IMG/VR virus record: IMGVR_UViG_3300000052_000001
Coordinates: 1 to 39,818 of that record
Reading direction: 5' to 3' (one strand)
DNA length: 39,818 nt
Source of the DNA: a virus
Shown here: piece after piece, positions 21,523-30,538 of the stretch
Layout of the letters: each line of letters starts with the position of its first letter
Position numbering within the stretch: the first letter of the stretch is position 1
Program-made: the position numbers and the translations under genes
The notes under the pieces: generated by a model
What the model was told of the DNA's origin: nothing
What the model saw: the letters and a program-made list of their open reading frames with translations, nothing else
Database searches by the model: none

Positions 21523-21678
21523 ATGACCGAGCGCGCGGAATCACTACTGGCCCTGATGCTGGAAGAACAGCGCAAGACCAATCAGCTCCTGCTGATGCTG
21601 ATCGAAGCGATGGGGCAGGAAGAGGCTGATCCTGATGGCGAGCCTGCGAGGTACATGGATGGAACGCCAGCCCGTTAA
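21523..21678 (+). CDS. Small hypothetical protein (51 aa, below the ORF-track cutoff)
   Basis: My translation: MTERAESLLALMLEEQRKTNQLLLMLIEAMGQEEADPDGEPARYMDGTPAR. AAGGTGG Shine-Dalgarno. Confidence 0.45.
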   Translation: MTERAESLLALMLEEQRKTNQLLLMLIEAMGQEEADPDGEPARYMDGTPAR

Positions 21679-21973
21679 GCCCTGGCGCCACCTATACAAC
21701 AGGAAGGCATGGCATCGACTGAGAGCCGGGCAGTTGATGGCTCAGCCGCTGTGTGCGTACTGCCAGGCGCTTGGGCGAGTGACTGCCGCTGATGTGGTAG
21801 ACCATAAGACGCCGCACAAAGGCGACCCCGATCTGTTCCATGATCCGTCAAACCTGCAAAGCCTCTGTAAGCGCTGTCACGACTCGACAAAGCAGAGGCT
21901 AGAGAAGACCGGCCATCTCGTCGGATGCGATCTCTCAGGCGCCCCGCTGGACCCCCAGCACCACTGGAACTAG
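21659..21973 (+). CDS. HNH endonuclease (terminase-associated)
   Basis: CAYC...VDHKTPH...NLQSLCKRCHDSTK. An alternative ATG lies at 21635. Sits immediately upstream of terS/terL, as in HK97-like cos phages. Confidence 0.85.
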   Translation: MERQPVKPWRHLYNRKAWHRLRAGQLMAQPLCAYCQALGRVTAADVVDHKTPHKGDPDLFHDPSNLQSLCKRCHDSTKQRLEKTGHLVGCDLSGAPLDPQHHWN

Positions 21974-22066
21974 GGGAGGGGGAGGGTCGAAAGTCCTGAC
22001 TCGCGCACAGGAAGACCGCCTCCGAAAGTCTTCTTTCATTAACCGCAACAATTTTGGTGATTTGCC

Positions 22067-22501
22067 ATGGCCGTACGAGGCAGGAAGTCTGTTGCCTCGC
22101 TGTCCGTGGCGACGTCCGTAGGGGTTGATTCACGACTAGCCCCGCCGTTCATGTTGACCCCGGCGCAGAAGGCCGAGTGGGTCGCCGTTGTCAATTCCAG
22201 GCCTGCCGATTGGTTCGGTCCTGAGAACGCCGCAATGCTAATCCAGTATTGCCGACACAAGGTTCAGTCCGACCTGATTGCCCAGCAGCTCGAAGAGTTC
22301 GATCCGGCCTGGCTGGTCGATGACGACGGCATGAAGCGATTCGACAAACTCGGCGCAATGCTGGAGCGAGAGACGCGGGCGATCAACGCCTTGCTCCGCT
22401 CGATGCGCCTGACCCAGCAAAGTCTGTACAACGCCAAGTCCGCCAACACGGCGAGCCAGGGCAACAAGGGGCGCAAACCATGGCAAGTCGAAAACGACTG
22501 A
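22067..22501 (+). CDS. Terminase small subunit (P27 family)
   Basis: N-terminal GRK motif. Its position and size match P27-type TerS. Overlaps terL. Confidence 0.8.
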   Translation: MAVRGRKSVASLSVATSVGVDSRLAPPFMLTPAQKAEWVAVVNSRPADWFGPENAAMLIQYCRHKVQSDLIAQQLEEFDPAWLVDDDGMKRFDKLGAMLERETRAINALLRSMRLTQQSLYNAKSANTASQGNKGRKPWQVEND

Positions 22502-24006
22502 CCAGAGGCGAGCGCAACGCCCAATGGATCGAGCAATTCTGCTGCATTCCAGAAGGCAAGATGGTCGGGCAGCGGGTCAAGCTGACGAAGCATCAACGCA
22601 AGTGGATAAAGCGGATCTACGACAGCCCGACGCGCGTGTTCATCCTGAGCATGGCCCGCAAGAACGCCAAGACGGCACTGTCTGCATTCATCGTCCTGCT
22701 GCACTTGTGCGGCCCGGAGGCTAGGCCAAACTCGCAGCTGTACAGCGCCGCGCAGTCGCGCGACCAGGCGGCGATCCTGTTCGAGCTGGCCGCCAAGGTT
22801 GTTCGCATGAGCCCGGACCTGTCCGAGTACGTGAACATCCGCGACACCGCGAAAGAGTTGCTGTGCGGCGATCTCGGCACCTTCTACAAGGCGCTGTCCG
22901 CCGATGCGGCTACCAAGTTCGGCCTGAGCCCGGCACTGATCATTCACGACGAATTGGGGCAGGTCATCGGCCCTCGCTCGCAGCTCTACGAGGCGCTTGA
23001 AACCGCCTCAGCGGCTCAGGAAAACCCGCTGTCGATCATCATCAGCACACAAGCGCCGACAGACGCCGACTTGCTGAGCCTGCTCATCGATGACGCGCTG
23101 ACCGGCGCCGACCCGCGCAACAAGGTCGAGCTATGTACGGCTCCGCTCGACCTTGACCCGTTCAGCGAGGAAGCCATCAGGGCGGCTAACCCGCACTTTG
23201 ACGACTTCATGAACAAGGACGAGGTGCTTCGCCAGGCATCTGACGCCAAGCGATTGCCCAGCCGCGAGCCGGCCTTCCGTAACCTGATCCTGAATCAGCG
23301 CGTCGAGGCCCGCAGCCCATTCGTCAGCCGGTCGATCTGGCAAGAAAACAGCGACCAGCCCGATTGCCTGGAAGGGCGCCCCGTCTATGGCGGGCTTGAC
23401 CTGTCCAGCGTGAACGACCTGACAGCCTTGGTTCTGGTTTCGGATGACGGGGACGTTGAGTCGACCTTCTGGCTGCCGGAAGAAGGGCTGGCCGAGAAGT
23501 CCCGCAATGACCGTGTGCCGTATGACCAGTGGGCGCGTGACGGTGCGCTGCTCACTTGCCCTGGCCGGGCAATCGAATACGAGTTCATCGCCCATCATCT
23601 CCGCGAGCTGTTCGACCGCTACGACGTCCGCGTCCTGAACTTCGACCGCTACAACATGCGCTTCCTGAAGCCGTGGCTAGAGCGTGTCGGGTTCAGCGAG
23701 GACGAGCTTGAGCGGTTCAAGGAGTTCGGCCAGGGCTTCGTCTCGATGAGCCCCGCCCTTCGCGAGCTGGAAACACGCCTGCTCGGGCGAAAACTGAGGC
23801 ACGGAAACCACCCCGTATTGACCATGTGCGCCGCCAACGCGGTAGCTGTGAGCGATCCGGCAGGCGGGCGCAAATTCACCAAGTCCAAGGCGACCGGCCG
23901 CATCGACGGCATGGTGGCGCTGGCGATGGCTGTTTCGGCTGCCAGCGCACACGAAACCGACGCAATCGACCTCGACTCCTTCTTATCCAACCCTCTGGTG
24001 CTCTGA
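22480..24006 (+). CDS. Terminase large subunit (HK97/Terminase_1 type)
   Basis: 508 aa. Walker-A-like SMARKNAKT and ATPase coupling IIHDELGQ. C-terminal nuclease domain. Confidence 0.9.
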   Translation: MASRKRLTRGERNAQWIEQFCCIPEGKMVGQRVKLTKHQRKWIKRIYDSPTRVFILSMARKNAKTALSAFIVLLHLCGPEARPNSQLYSAAQSRDQAAILFELAAKVVRMSPDLSEYVNIRDTAKELLCGDLGTFYKALSADAATKFGLSPALIIHDELGQVIGPRSQLYEALETASAAQENPLSIIISTQAPTDADLLSLLIDDALTGADPRNKVELCTAPLDLDPFSEEAIRAANPHFDDFMNKDEVLRQASDAKRLPSREPAFRNLILNQRVEARSPFVSRSIWQENSDQPDCLEGRPVYGGLDLSSVNDLTALVLVSDDGDVESTFWLPEEGLAEKSRNDRVPYDQWARDGALLTCPGRAIEYEFIAHHLRELFDRYDVRVLNFDRYNMRFLKPWLERVGFSEDELERFKEFGQGFVSMSPALRELETRLLGRKLRHGNHPVLTMCAANAVAVSDPAGGRKFTKSKATGRIDGMVALAMAVSAASAHETDAIDLDSFLSNPLVL

Positions 24007-25251
24007 ATGGGACTTTTCTACAGCCTCCGGGGCTTCTTTCGGTCGCCTGGCGCGCCTACGCGCGATGCCGGCATCCAGAGCGGTGTGCCGGGCGGGTACA
24101 GCACAGACGCGGCGGCCGAAGTCACCTTCGACAGCGCCATGCAAATCAGCCCGGTATGGGCGGCGGTCAAGCTGATCTCCGAAACCATCGGGTCCATGCC
24201 GTTCAACATTTACGAAGTCGGGCCGGGTGGCCGCAAGATCGCCATCGCGCACCCGCTGCATCGCATCCTGACGCGCAAGCCCAACCAGTACCAGACCGAC
24301 GTTGAATTTTGGGAGTCGATGGCGCTCAACCTGGCGATCAGCGGCAACGCCTATGCCATCATCCAGCGCCTCGGCAACGAGATCGTCGGCCTGCTGCCTG
24401 TCTCGTCCAGCCAGGTCGAAACCACGCTGCTCGATGACGGCACGGTCATTCACGCCTACACGACCGGCGCTAACGTCAAGGTCTACAGCGACCAGTCAAT
24501 GTGGCACGTCAAGCTGTTCGGCAACGGCATCGTAGGCCTCTCGCCGCTGAGCTACGCACGCAACAGCATCGGCATCGCCATTGCCGCAGACAATCGCGTC
24601 TCGCGCGTCTACAGCAACGGCGCCAAGCCTTCGGGCGTGCTGACTATCGACAAGACCCTGACCGAAGCGCAGCGCGCCCAGGTGCGAGCCTCCTTCGCCG
24701 GGCTTGAGGCCGGCAACGATGACCGCCTGTTCGTGCTCGAAGCCGGCATGCAGTACCAGCAAATCAGCATGACGCCGCAGGATATCCAGCTGCTCGACTC
24801 GCGCCGGTTCCAGATCGAGGATATCGGCCGCTTCTTCGGCGTGCCGTCAATCCTGCTGAACCAGACCTTCGGTCAGTCCAGTTTGGGCAGCAACGTCTAC
24901 GAGATCCTGGCGGCGTTCTACAAGCTGAACCTGCGGCCCTATCTGGAGAAGTTCGAGGCATCGGTTCCGCGCTGGCTAATGTCGCCAGAGGATGCCGTGC
25001 GCTACGAGTGCGAATTCGACTTCGACGCCGCCCTGCTGCGCGCCGATCTCCAGACTCGCATGCAGGCCAACCGTGAGGCCATCAACTCCGGGCAGCTTAC
25101 CCCCAACGAAGCGCGCATCGACGAAGGCCGGCCGGCACTGGCTGGCGGCGACCGGCTGCTGATTCAGGGCGCCATGATCCCAATCGAAAACGCCGGGATG
25201 AAGCCGGTGCAGGAGGTTCCGAGTGGAACGCAAGAATCTGAGCCTCGGTGA
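24007..25251 (+). CDS. Portal protein (HK97 family)
   Basis: 414 aa. Follows terL by one nt. Typical HK97-family portal length and order. Confidence 0.9.
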   Translation: MGLFYSLRGFFRSPGAPTRDAGIQSGVPGGYSTDAAAEVTFDSAMQISPVWAAVKLISETIGSMPFNIYEVGPGGRKIAIAHPLHRILTRKPNQYQTDVEFWESMALNLAISGNAYAIIQRLGNEIVGLLPVSSSQVETTLLDDGTVIHAYTTGANVKVYSDQSMWHVKLFGNGIVGLSPLSYARNSIGIAIAADNRVSRVYSNGAKPSGVLTIDKTLTEAQRAQVRASFAGLEAGNDDRLFVLEAGMQYQQISMTPQDIQLLDSRRFQIEDIGRFFGVPSILLNQTFGQSSLGSNVYEILAAFYKLNLRPYLEKFEASVPRWLMSPEDAVRYECEFDFDAALLRADLQTRMQANREAINSGQLTPNEARIDEGRPALAGGDRLLIQGAMIPIENAGMKPVQEVPSGTQESEPR

Positions 25252-25885
25252 ATTCGAGATCAAATTTGACGAAGCCCGAAAGGGCTTTTTTTCTGGCTAC
25301 GCATCCAAGTTCGGCAACGTCGACAGTTACGGCGACACCATCGCGCCAGGCGCCTATGCCAAGACTGTGGGCGAGCGTGAGCGCCCCATTGCGATGCGCT
25401 GGAACCATACCGGCCCAGTGATCGGCAAGTGGCTCAAGGCGCAAGAAGACGAGCACGGCCTGTACGTCGAGGGCGAATTGACCCCCGGTCACTCCGTCGC
25501 CAGCGACGTTTACGCGCTGATGAAGCACGGCGCCGTTACCGGCCTGTCCATCGGCTACCGCATCCCGGAGGGTGGCGCGGAAAAGCGCGATGGCGTGCGC
25601 CTACTCAAGCAAATCGAACTGGTCGAGATCAGCGTCGTTGAGGCGCCGGCCGACCTGCACGCGCAGATCGCGGACGTGAAGTCGGCCATCGAGCAGATCG
25701 ACAGCCTGAAAGAGGCCGAAGAGCTGCTGCGCACCCAAGGATTCACCCGGTCGGAAGCGTGCGCGCTGGTGTCACGCATCAAGGCCATGGCTCACGGCGA
25801 GCGTGAGGCAGAAACGAAAACCGCAGAGATTGCGGGACTTTTCCAGCACTTCCAAATCCCGCAAATCAAAGAGATCAAACCATGA
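25223..25885 (+). CDS. Prohead protease (HK97 family, S78)
   Basis: GTG start after AGGAGG. FSGYASKFGNVDSYGDTIAPGAY is the typical N-terminus. Confidence 0.85.
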   Translation: MERKNLSLGEFEIKFDEARKGFFSGYASKFGNVDSYGDTIAPGAYAKTVGERERPIAMRWNHTGPVIGKWLKAQEDEHGLYVEGELTPGHSVASDVYALMKHGAVTGLSIGYRIPEGGAEKRDGVRLLKQIELVEISVVEAPADLHAQIADVKSAIEQIDSLKEAEELLRTQGFTRSEACALVSRIKAMAHGEREAETKTAEIAGLFQHFQIPQIKEIKP

Positions 25886-27033
25886 GCGAAGAACTCAAGA
25901 GCGTCATCGAGCAGGGCCTCAAAGGCGTACAAGACCAGTTGCAAGCCAAGATGGGCGAGTACAACGCCGAGCTGGCCAAGTCCACCGGCCAGGTGAAAAC
26001 CGAACTGACCGGCGAAATCGAAAAGCTCGCCGAGCAGTACAAGGGCCTCAAGGAGCAGATGCTCGACCTGGCGCAGAAGCAGACCCCGGCGCAAGGCGAG
26101 GCCAAGACCGTCTCGGCTGGCTCCGAGTTCGTCGGCTCCGAGGCGTTCAAGGCCCTGTCCGAGCGCCGCGTCGAGCGCGCCCGCATCGAGGTCAAGAACA
26201 CCGTTGTGGCGGATGGCACCACGACCCAGCCGATGCAGCGCCCCGGCATCATCCCCGGCAGCTTCGCGCCGCTGACCCTGCGCCAACTGATCCCGACCAT
26301 TGCCGTCAGCTCCAACGCGGTCAACTCTCTGCGCGAGAACGCATGGACCAACAGTGCGGCCGAAGTCGCCGAGACCCTGGCCAAGCCCGAGTCGGCCATC
26401 ACCTTCGAGCCCTACGACGTGACCATTCAGACGGTCGCTCACTGGATCAAGGTGTCCAACCAGCTGCTGGCCGATGCTCCGGCTGTCGCGGCGTACATTG
26501 ACACCCGCCTGCGCGATGGCCTGGCGCAGCGCATCGACCGTCAGCTGCTGCTGGGTGACGGCACTAGCCCGAACCTGTCGGGCCTGACCGATGCCGGCAA
26601 CTTCACCGCATTCACCGCCACCTCCGGTGCGAATCTGGTCGAGTCGATCAACAAGGCCAAGTACAACCGCTGGGCCGTGGGCGAGACCGTCGACACCGTG
26701 GTCGTCAACCCGGCTGATTGGGCTGCAATGGAGCTGCTGCGCGAAGGCGCCGGCACTGGCGCTTACCTGTACGGCGCGCCGGGCGTAAGCGGCAACATGA
26801 GCGCGTTTGGTGTTCAGGTCGTCATCTCGGCGAACATGCCGGCCGGCAAGTTCCTGATCGGCTCGCTGCGCAGCGCCGCGACCATCTACCAGCGCCAAGG
26901 CGCCGTGGTCGAGATGGGCTTCGTGAATGACGATTTCACCAAGAATTTGGTGACAATCCGAGCCGAAGAGCGCCTTGGCCTGGCGGTAGATCGCCCGGTC
27001 GCGATCATGTACGGCGACATCACCGCCGTCTAA
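25882..27033 (+). CDS. Major capsid protein (HK97 fold) with N-terminal coiled-coil delta domain
   Basis: 383 aa. ATGA overlap with the protease. The order portal, protease, capsid is conserved. Confidence 0.9.
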   Translation: MSEELKSVIEQGLKGVQDQLQAKMGEYNAELAKSTGQVKTELTGEIEKLAEQYKGLKEQMLDLAQKQTPAQGEAKTVSAGSEFVGSEAFKALSERRVERARIEVKNTVVADGTTTQPMQRPGIIPGSFAPLTLRQLIPTIAVSSNAVNSLRENAWTNSAAEVAETLAKPESAITFEPYDVTIQTVAHWIKVSNQLLADAPAVAAYIDTRLRDGLAQRIDRQLLLGDGTSPNLSGLTDAGNFTAFTATSGANLVESINKAKYNRWAVGETVDTVVVNPADWAAMELLREGAGTGAYLYGAPGVSGNMSAFGVQVVISANMPAGKFLIGSLRSAATIYQRQGAVVEMGFVNDDFTKNLVTIRAEERLGLAVDRPVAIMYGDITAV

Positions 27034-27039
27034 CCGAGC

Positions 27040-27061
27040 GGGGCCGGGTAGCACCGGCCCC
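27040..27061 (+). promoter_or_regulatory. Stable GC hairpin immediately after the capsid gene
   Basis: 8-bp stem ggggccgg/ccggcccc with a 6-nt loop. No U-tract follows. Confidence 0.5.
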
Positions 27062-27075
27062 AATCTGGAGGCGAC

Positions 27076-27312
27076 ATGCAAGCCAAAGCCATCAAGACCT
27101 TTCTGCACGACCAGCTCGGGCGCGTAGTGAAAGGCCAAGAATTCGAAGCAACCGAAGCGCAGCTGGCCCCGGTCGCGCGCTTCGTCGAGGTCTACGAGAC
27201 CAAAGTAATTTACGAGGAGCCGCGCCATGGCAGTGCTGACGCTGGACGAGATCAAGGCGCACCTGCGACTGGACGGCGACGAGGAAAACGCCCAGCTGAC
27301 GCTGCTGAGTGA
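27076..27312 (+). CDS. Hypothetical protein (78 aa) overlapping the next gene by 86 nt
   Basis: GGAGG Shine-Dalgarno. The N-terminal 50 aa or so look protein-like. The C-terminal tail is Arg/Gly/Ala-rich out-of-frame sequence of the connector gene. Confidence 0.45.
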   Translation: MQAKAIKTFLHDQLGRVVKGQEFEATEAQLAPVARFVEVYETKVIYEEPRHGSADAGRDQGAPATGRRRGKRPADAAE

Positions 27313-27535
27313 GGCTGCGGAAGACTACGCGGCGCAGTATTTGGGCCGCTCGCTGCCTTGGCTGGACGATTTAGGCGCTCCGGTGGCTGTTCCGGCATCG
27401 GTTCGCGCCGCGCTGCTGATGATCATCGGTGATCTGTACGAAAACCGCGAAGGCGCGCTCGTTGGCGTTTCTCGCGTCGATAACCCGACTGTTGACCGTC
27501 TGCTGCACTTCTATCGCACAGGGCTAGGCGTATGA
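27227..27535 (+). CDS. Head-tail connector (gp6-like, Phage_connect_1)
   Basis: LTLDEIKAHLRLDGDEENAQLTLL..AA..YA is the typical family N-terminus. Confidence 0.8.
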   Translation: MAVLTLDEIKAHLRLDGDEENAQLTLLSEAAEDYAAQYLGRSLPWLDDLGAPVAVPASVRAALLMIIGDLYENREGALVGVSRVDNPTVDRLLHFYRTGLGV

Positions 27536-27867
27536 GAGCCGGCAAACTGCGCCACAAGGTCACAATCCAGGCCCCGAGCACGACGCAAGACCCGCAAACC
27601 GGCGAAATGCTGGCCGGATGGGTCGATTTTGCCTCTGTTTTCGCCTCAATCGAGCCGCTTTCTGCCCGCGAATTCATCGCAGCCCAGGCGCAGCAATCGG
27701 AGATCAGCGCCCGCGTGACGATCCGCTATCGGCCCGGCGTCACCGCAGCGATGCGCCTGCTGCACGGCGACCGGATCTACAACATCCACGGCGTGCTCGC
27801 TGACAACAAGAGCGGGCTGGAGTATCTGACGCTGCCGGTCAGCGAGGGAGCTTCTGATGGAAACTAG
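27532..27867 (+). CDS. Head closure / head-tail adaptor protein (SPP1 gp16 / HK97 gp9-like)
   Basis: GKLRHKVTIQ...A.VFASIEPLSAREF...ITIRYR pattern. Confidence 0.8.
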   Translation: MRAGKLRHKVTIQAPSTTQDPQTGEMLAGWVDFASVFASIEPLSAREFIAAQAQQSEISARVTIRYRPGVTAAMRLLHGDRIYNIHGVLADNKSGLEYLTLPVSEGASDGN

Positions 27868-28114
27868 AAAACTTGTAGTGCGCCGCGACACGCGCGGGCA
27901 GCTCTGCCTGCATGACGCTGAAACTGGGCAGATGATTTCCGCCCAGGCGTCTCTCCAGATCGATCAACAGCCTGACGCGCCGACGATGGTGATTGTTCGA
28001 CTGTTCGCGGATCCGCGAATGCGCGGTGCCGTGCGAATCGAGGCAGAGAAAGAAGGCAACAGCGAAGTTGTTGATCTATTCGTTTCCGATCTGATGGGAA
28101 GAAAAGATGGCTGA
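27857..28114 (+). CDS. Hypothetical protein (85 aa)
   Basis: Overlaps both neighbours slightly. No domain recognised. Confidence 0.5.
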   Translation: METRKLVVRRDTRGQLCLHDAETGQMISAQASLQIDQQPDAPTMVIVRLFADPRMRGAVRIEAEKEGNSEVVDLFVSDLMGRKDG

Positions 28115-28595
28115 CTCTCTGGACTTCAGCCTGACGGGCCTCGATTCGCTGCTCGGCAAGCTGGAGGCGGTCAGCTATGACGTGAAGCGCCGGGGCGGCA
28201 GGTCGGCATTGCGCAAGGCGGCGCAGATCGTCGCCGAGAAGGCGAAGGAAGGTGCTCGGCGGGTGGATGATTCCCAGACTGGCCGCAGCATCGCGGACAA
28301 CGTCGCGCTGCGCTGGAACGGGCGGCTGTTCAAGCGCACGGGGGACCTTGGTTTTCGCATCGGCGTCCTTCATGGCGCTGTCCTGCGAAACGGTGGTGAC
28401 CTTTCCAGTAATGCACCGACGCCGCACTGGCGCTTGCTCGAGTTCGGAACGGAGCAGATGCGCGCCCAGCCGTTCATGCGCAGCGCCCTGGCCGACAACA
28501 TCAGCGCCGTGACCACCGAATTTCTATCGCAGTACGAGAAGGCCCTTGATCGCGCCATCAAGCGTGCCGCGAAGAAGGCAGCCGCAGGAGGCTAA
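28107..28595 (+). CDS. HK97 gp10-family neck/tail-completion protein
   Basis: ...HWRLLEFGTEQMRAQPFMRSAL is the family signature. Confidence 0.8.
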   Translation: MADSLDFSLTGLDSLLGKLEAVSYDVKRRGGRSALRKAAQIVAEKAKEGARRVDDSQTGRSIADNVALRWNGRLFKRTGDLGFRIGVLHGAVLRNGGDLSSNAPTPHWRLLEFGTEQMRAQPFMRSALADNISAVTTEFLSQYEKALDRAIKRAAKKAAAGG

Positions 28596-28961
28596 ATGTT
28601 CCCGCCGATCTTTCAGGTTGCCGCGGCTGACCCTGGCGTAACCGCGCTGCTCGGGCCGGGGCCGGTCAGGCTCTACCCATTCGGCGAGGCGCCCCAGGGC
28701 GTGACGCTCCCGTATGCCGTCTGGCAGCTCGTCAGCGGGTCGCCAGAGAACTACCTGGCCGGTCGCCCGGATGTCGACAGCTTCACCCTGCAGGTCGACG
28801 TCTACGCCAGCACGGTCGCATCGGCCCGTGCGGTCGGGGCTGCGCTGCGCGATGCCGTCGAGCTGCACGCCCATATCACCCGCTGGGGCGGCGAATCACG
28901 CAACAGAGAAACCGGCCGGTACCGGCTGAACTTCGACTGCGACTGGTTCGTTTCCCGCTAA
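28596..28961 (+). CDS. Tail terminator (DUF3168 / gpU-like)
   Basis: LYPFGEAPQGVTLPYAVWQLVSG pattern. Sits before the major tail protein gene. Confidence 0.75.
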   Translation: MFPPIFQVAAADPGVTALLGPGPVRLYPFGEAPQGVTLPYAVWQLVSGSPENYLAGRPDVDSFTLQVDVYASTVASARAVGAALRDAVELHAHITRWGGESRNRETGRYRLNFDCDWFVSR

Positions 28962-28980
28962 ACCGAATCAACCCAGACAG

Positions 28981-29002
28981 CCCGCCTCCGAGCGGGTTTT
29001 TT
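28981..29002 (+). terminator. Rho-independent terminator/attenuator upstream of the major tail protein gene
   Basis: Stem cccgc / loop ctccga / stem gcggg, followed by TTTTTT. Followed by the same ATTGCC motif seen at 428 and 30522. Confidence 0.65.
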
Positions 29003-29033
29003 ATTGCCCAAAAGACCCCGACGAGGACAACAC

Positions 29034-29501
29034 ATGAGCATCCTTTCCCAAGGCACGCAGGTATATTTCAAGGACCCGGAGGACGGCACCATCGTCGCGG
29101 TCGAGTGCGTCACTGCATTCAACCCGGGCGGCGCCCCGGCTGATCAGATCGAGGATACCTGCCTCGAGTCGAATGTCCGCACCTACAAGCGCGGCTTGCG
29201 CACGCCTGGCCAGGCATCCCTGACCGTCAACGCGGACCCGCGCAACGCATCCCACATTCGGCTGCATGAGCTGAGCGAAGACGACACCGTTGAGACCATC
29301 GACTGGTTCGTTGGCTGGTCCGACGGCACTGATGCGCCAACCGTTGTCGCTGACGAAGTGACCCTGCCGACCACTCGCACCTGGTTCACCTTCCAGGGTT
29401 ACGTGAGTGATTTTCCGATGGACTTTGCGTCGAACTCCGTGGTCACCACTGCCGCTACCATCCAGCGCAGCGGCGGTTCTGCCTGGATCAAGAAAGTATG
29501 A
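29034..29501 (+). CDS. Major tail (tube) protein
   Basis: 155 aa from the ATG at 29034, preceded by GAGGA. Sits directly upstream of the G/GT chaperone pair. Confidence 0.8.
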   Translation: MSILSQGTQVYFKDPEDGTIVAVECVTAFNPGGAPADQIEDTCLESNVRTYKRGLRTPGQASLTVNADPRNASHIRLHELSEDDTVETIDWFVGWSDGTDAPTVVADEVTLPTTRTWFTFQGYVSDFPMDFASNSVVTTAATIQRSGGSAWIKKV

Positions 29502-29839
29502 AGCTGAGCATCGATTCGCTGAAAAAAGTCGGCGCGTTCTCCGGTGACCTGGTGAAGCGCACCGTCAGCTGGAGCCAGAACGGCGAGGACTTCGAGGCCG
29601 AAGTGTTCATTCGGCCCCTGTCCTACAAGGCCGTCGAGGACGTGAAAGCCGGCGAGCCCACCAGCGCCAAGCGCATTGCCGGCCACATCCGCAACGAGGA
29701 CGGCTCTGCCATCTTCACCGTCGAGGACATTACCGGCGAGGCTGATCCTGAGCGGGGCCCGCTGGGCCTGTCGCTGTCGAGCGCGCTCGTGATGGCCATC
29801 AACGAAGTGACCTTCGGCGGAAAAAAGAAGAAGGGCTGA
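29498..29839 (+). CDS. Tail assembly chaperone (gpG-like)
   Basis: 113 aa. Ends ...FGGKKKKG and contains the slippery A_AAA_AAG at 29821..29827. Confidence 0.85.
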   Translation: MKLSIDSLKKVGAFSGDLVKRTVSWSQNGEDFEAEVFIRPLSYKAVEDVKAGEPTSAKRIAGHIRNEDGSAIFTVEDITGEADPERGPLGLSLSSALVMAINEVTFGGKKKKG

Positions 29840-30135
29840 CCGCAGAGGAAGAGGTCTGGCACGAACTGGTCCTGTCCGGAGTAGGGGGCAGGACCATTGC
29901 CGAGGCCCAAGAACGGATCAGCTACCCCGAGTTTCTATCCTGGCTGAAGTACCGGGCCAAGCGCGGGTCGCTGAATGTGGGGATGCGGGTAGAGCGCGGC
30001 ACTGCGTTGTTGGCATCACTGTACGTCAACGCCCACCGCGGCAAGGACACGCAGCCAGCGCAGGTGTGGGACTTCGCGCCTCATCACGATCAGCCGACCG
30101 TTTCGCTGGATGAGGCAATGGAGCGCTGGGTATAG
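29498..30135 (+). CDS. Tail assembly chaperone -1 frameshift product (gpGT-like)
   Basis: The -1 frame from 29821 is open for 104 codons to the TAG at 30133..30135. It encodes ...[17 protein letters not shown]...[10 protein letters not shown]..., a gpT-like sequence. It has no start codon of its own. Confidence 0.75.
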
Positions 30136-30169
30136 GCGTGCTACTTTTCGATTTTCAGGGAGGGTGAGC

Positions 30170-30478
30170 ATGCGCGCGTTATTCGTTATTTTGACGGCAG
30201 CAGGCATGGCAGCTTGCGTCAGTCACGGCAGGCCCATTACGGATGAGCAGGTGGCGGCTGTTAGGGAAGGCGTAACGACCAAGCAAGAGCTGCTGGCCAG
30301 CTTCGGTCGGCCGGTGGTGTCATCGAAAAACTCAGATGGCACCGAGGTCATCGGGTGGGCCTATGCCAAGGTCGGATTTGCTGGCTCTAGCTATACCAAC
30401 CAATCGATCACGGTAACTGTCGGCCAGGACGGCACCGTGAAGAGTTACACAACCAGCGTGATCAGCGACCCGCGTTGA
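30170..30478 (+). CDS. Lipoprotein moron, BamE/SmpA_OmlA-like
   Basis: GGGAGGG Shine-Dalgarno. Signal peptide MRALFVILTAAGMAAC with a lipobox Cys. ITDEQVAAVREGVTTKQELLASFGRP matches the BamE-like fold pattern. Lower GC than its neighbours. Has its own terminator. Confidence 0.75.
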   Translation: MRALFVILTAAGMAACVSHGRPITDEQVAAVREGVTTKQELLASFGRPVVSSKNSDGTEVIGWAYAKVGFAGSSYTNQSITVTVGQDGTVKSYTTSVISDPR

Positions 30479-30500
30479 TAGTCGCAGCTACGCAAACGAA

Positions 30501-30521
30501 CCGCCTTCGGGCGGTTTTTTT
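30501..30521 (+). terminator. Rho-independent terminator after the lipoprotein moron
   Basis: Stem ccgcc / loop ttcg / stem ggcgg, followed by TTTTTTT. Confidence 0.75.
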
Positions 30522-30538
30522 ATTGCCCGGAGAAAACA

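Noticed and set aside
21462-21629. 55-aa ORF MACQACERRRAWIKKW... overlapping the 51-aa ORF at 21523
   Set aside because: It has no Shine-Dalgarno, and its C-terminal two-thirds is low-complexity out-of-frame sequence. The 21523..21678 frame looks more protein-like. The conflict is unresolved, so only the latter is listed, at low confidence.
25792-27255. 487-aa minus-strand ORF antisense to the major capsid gene
   Set aside because: Same reasoning. It overlaps the HK97-type capsid gene and the product has a biased, repetitive composition.
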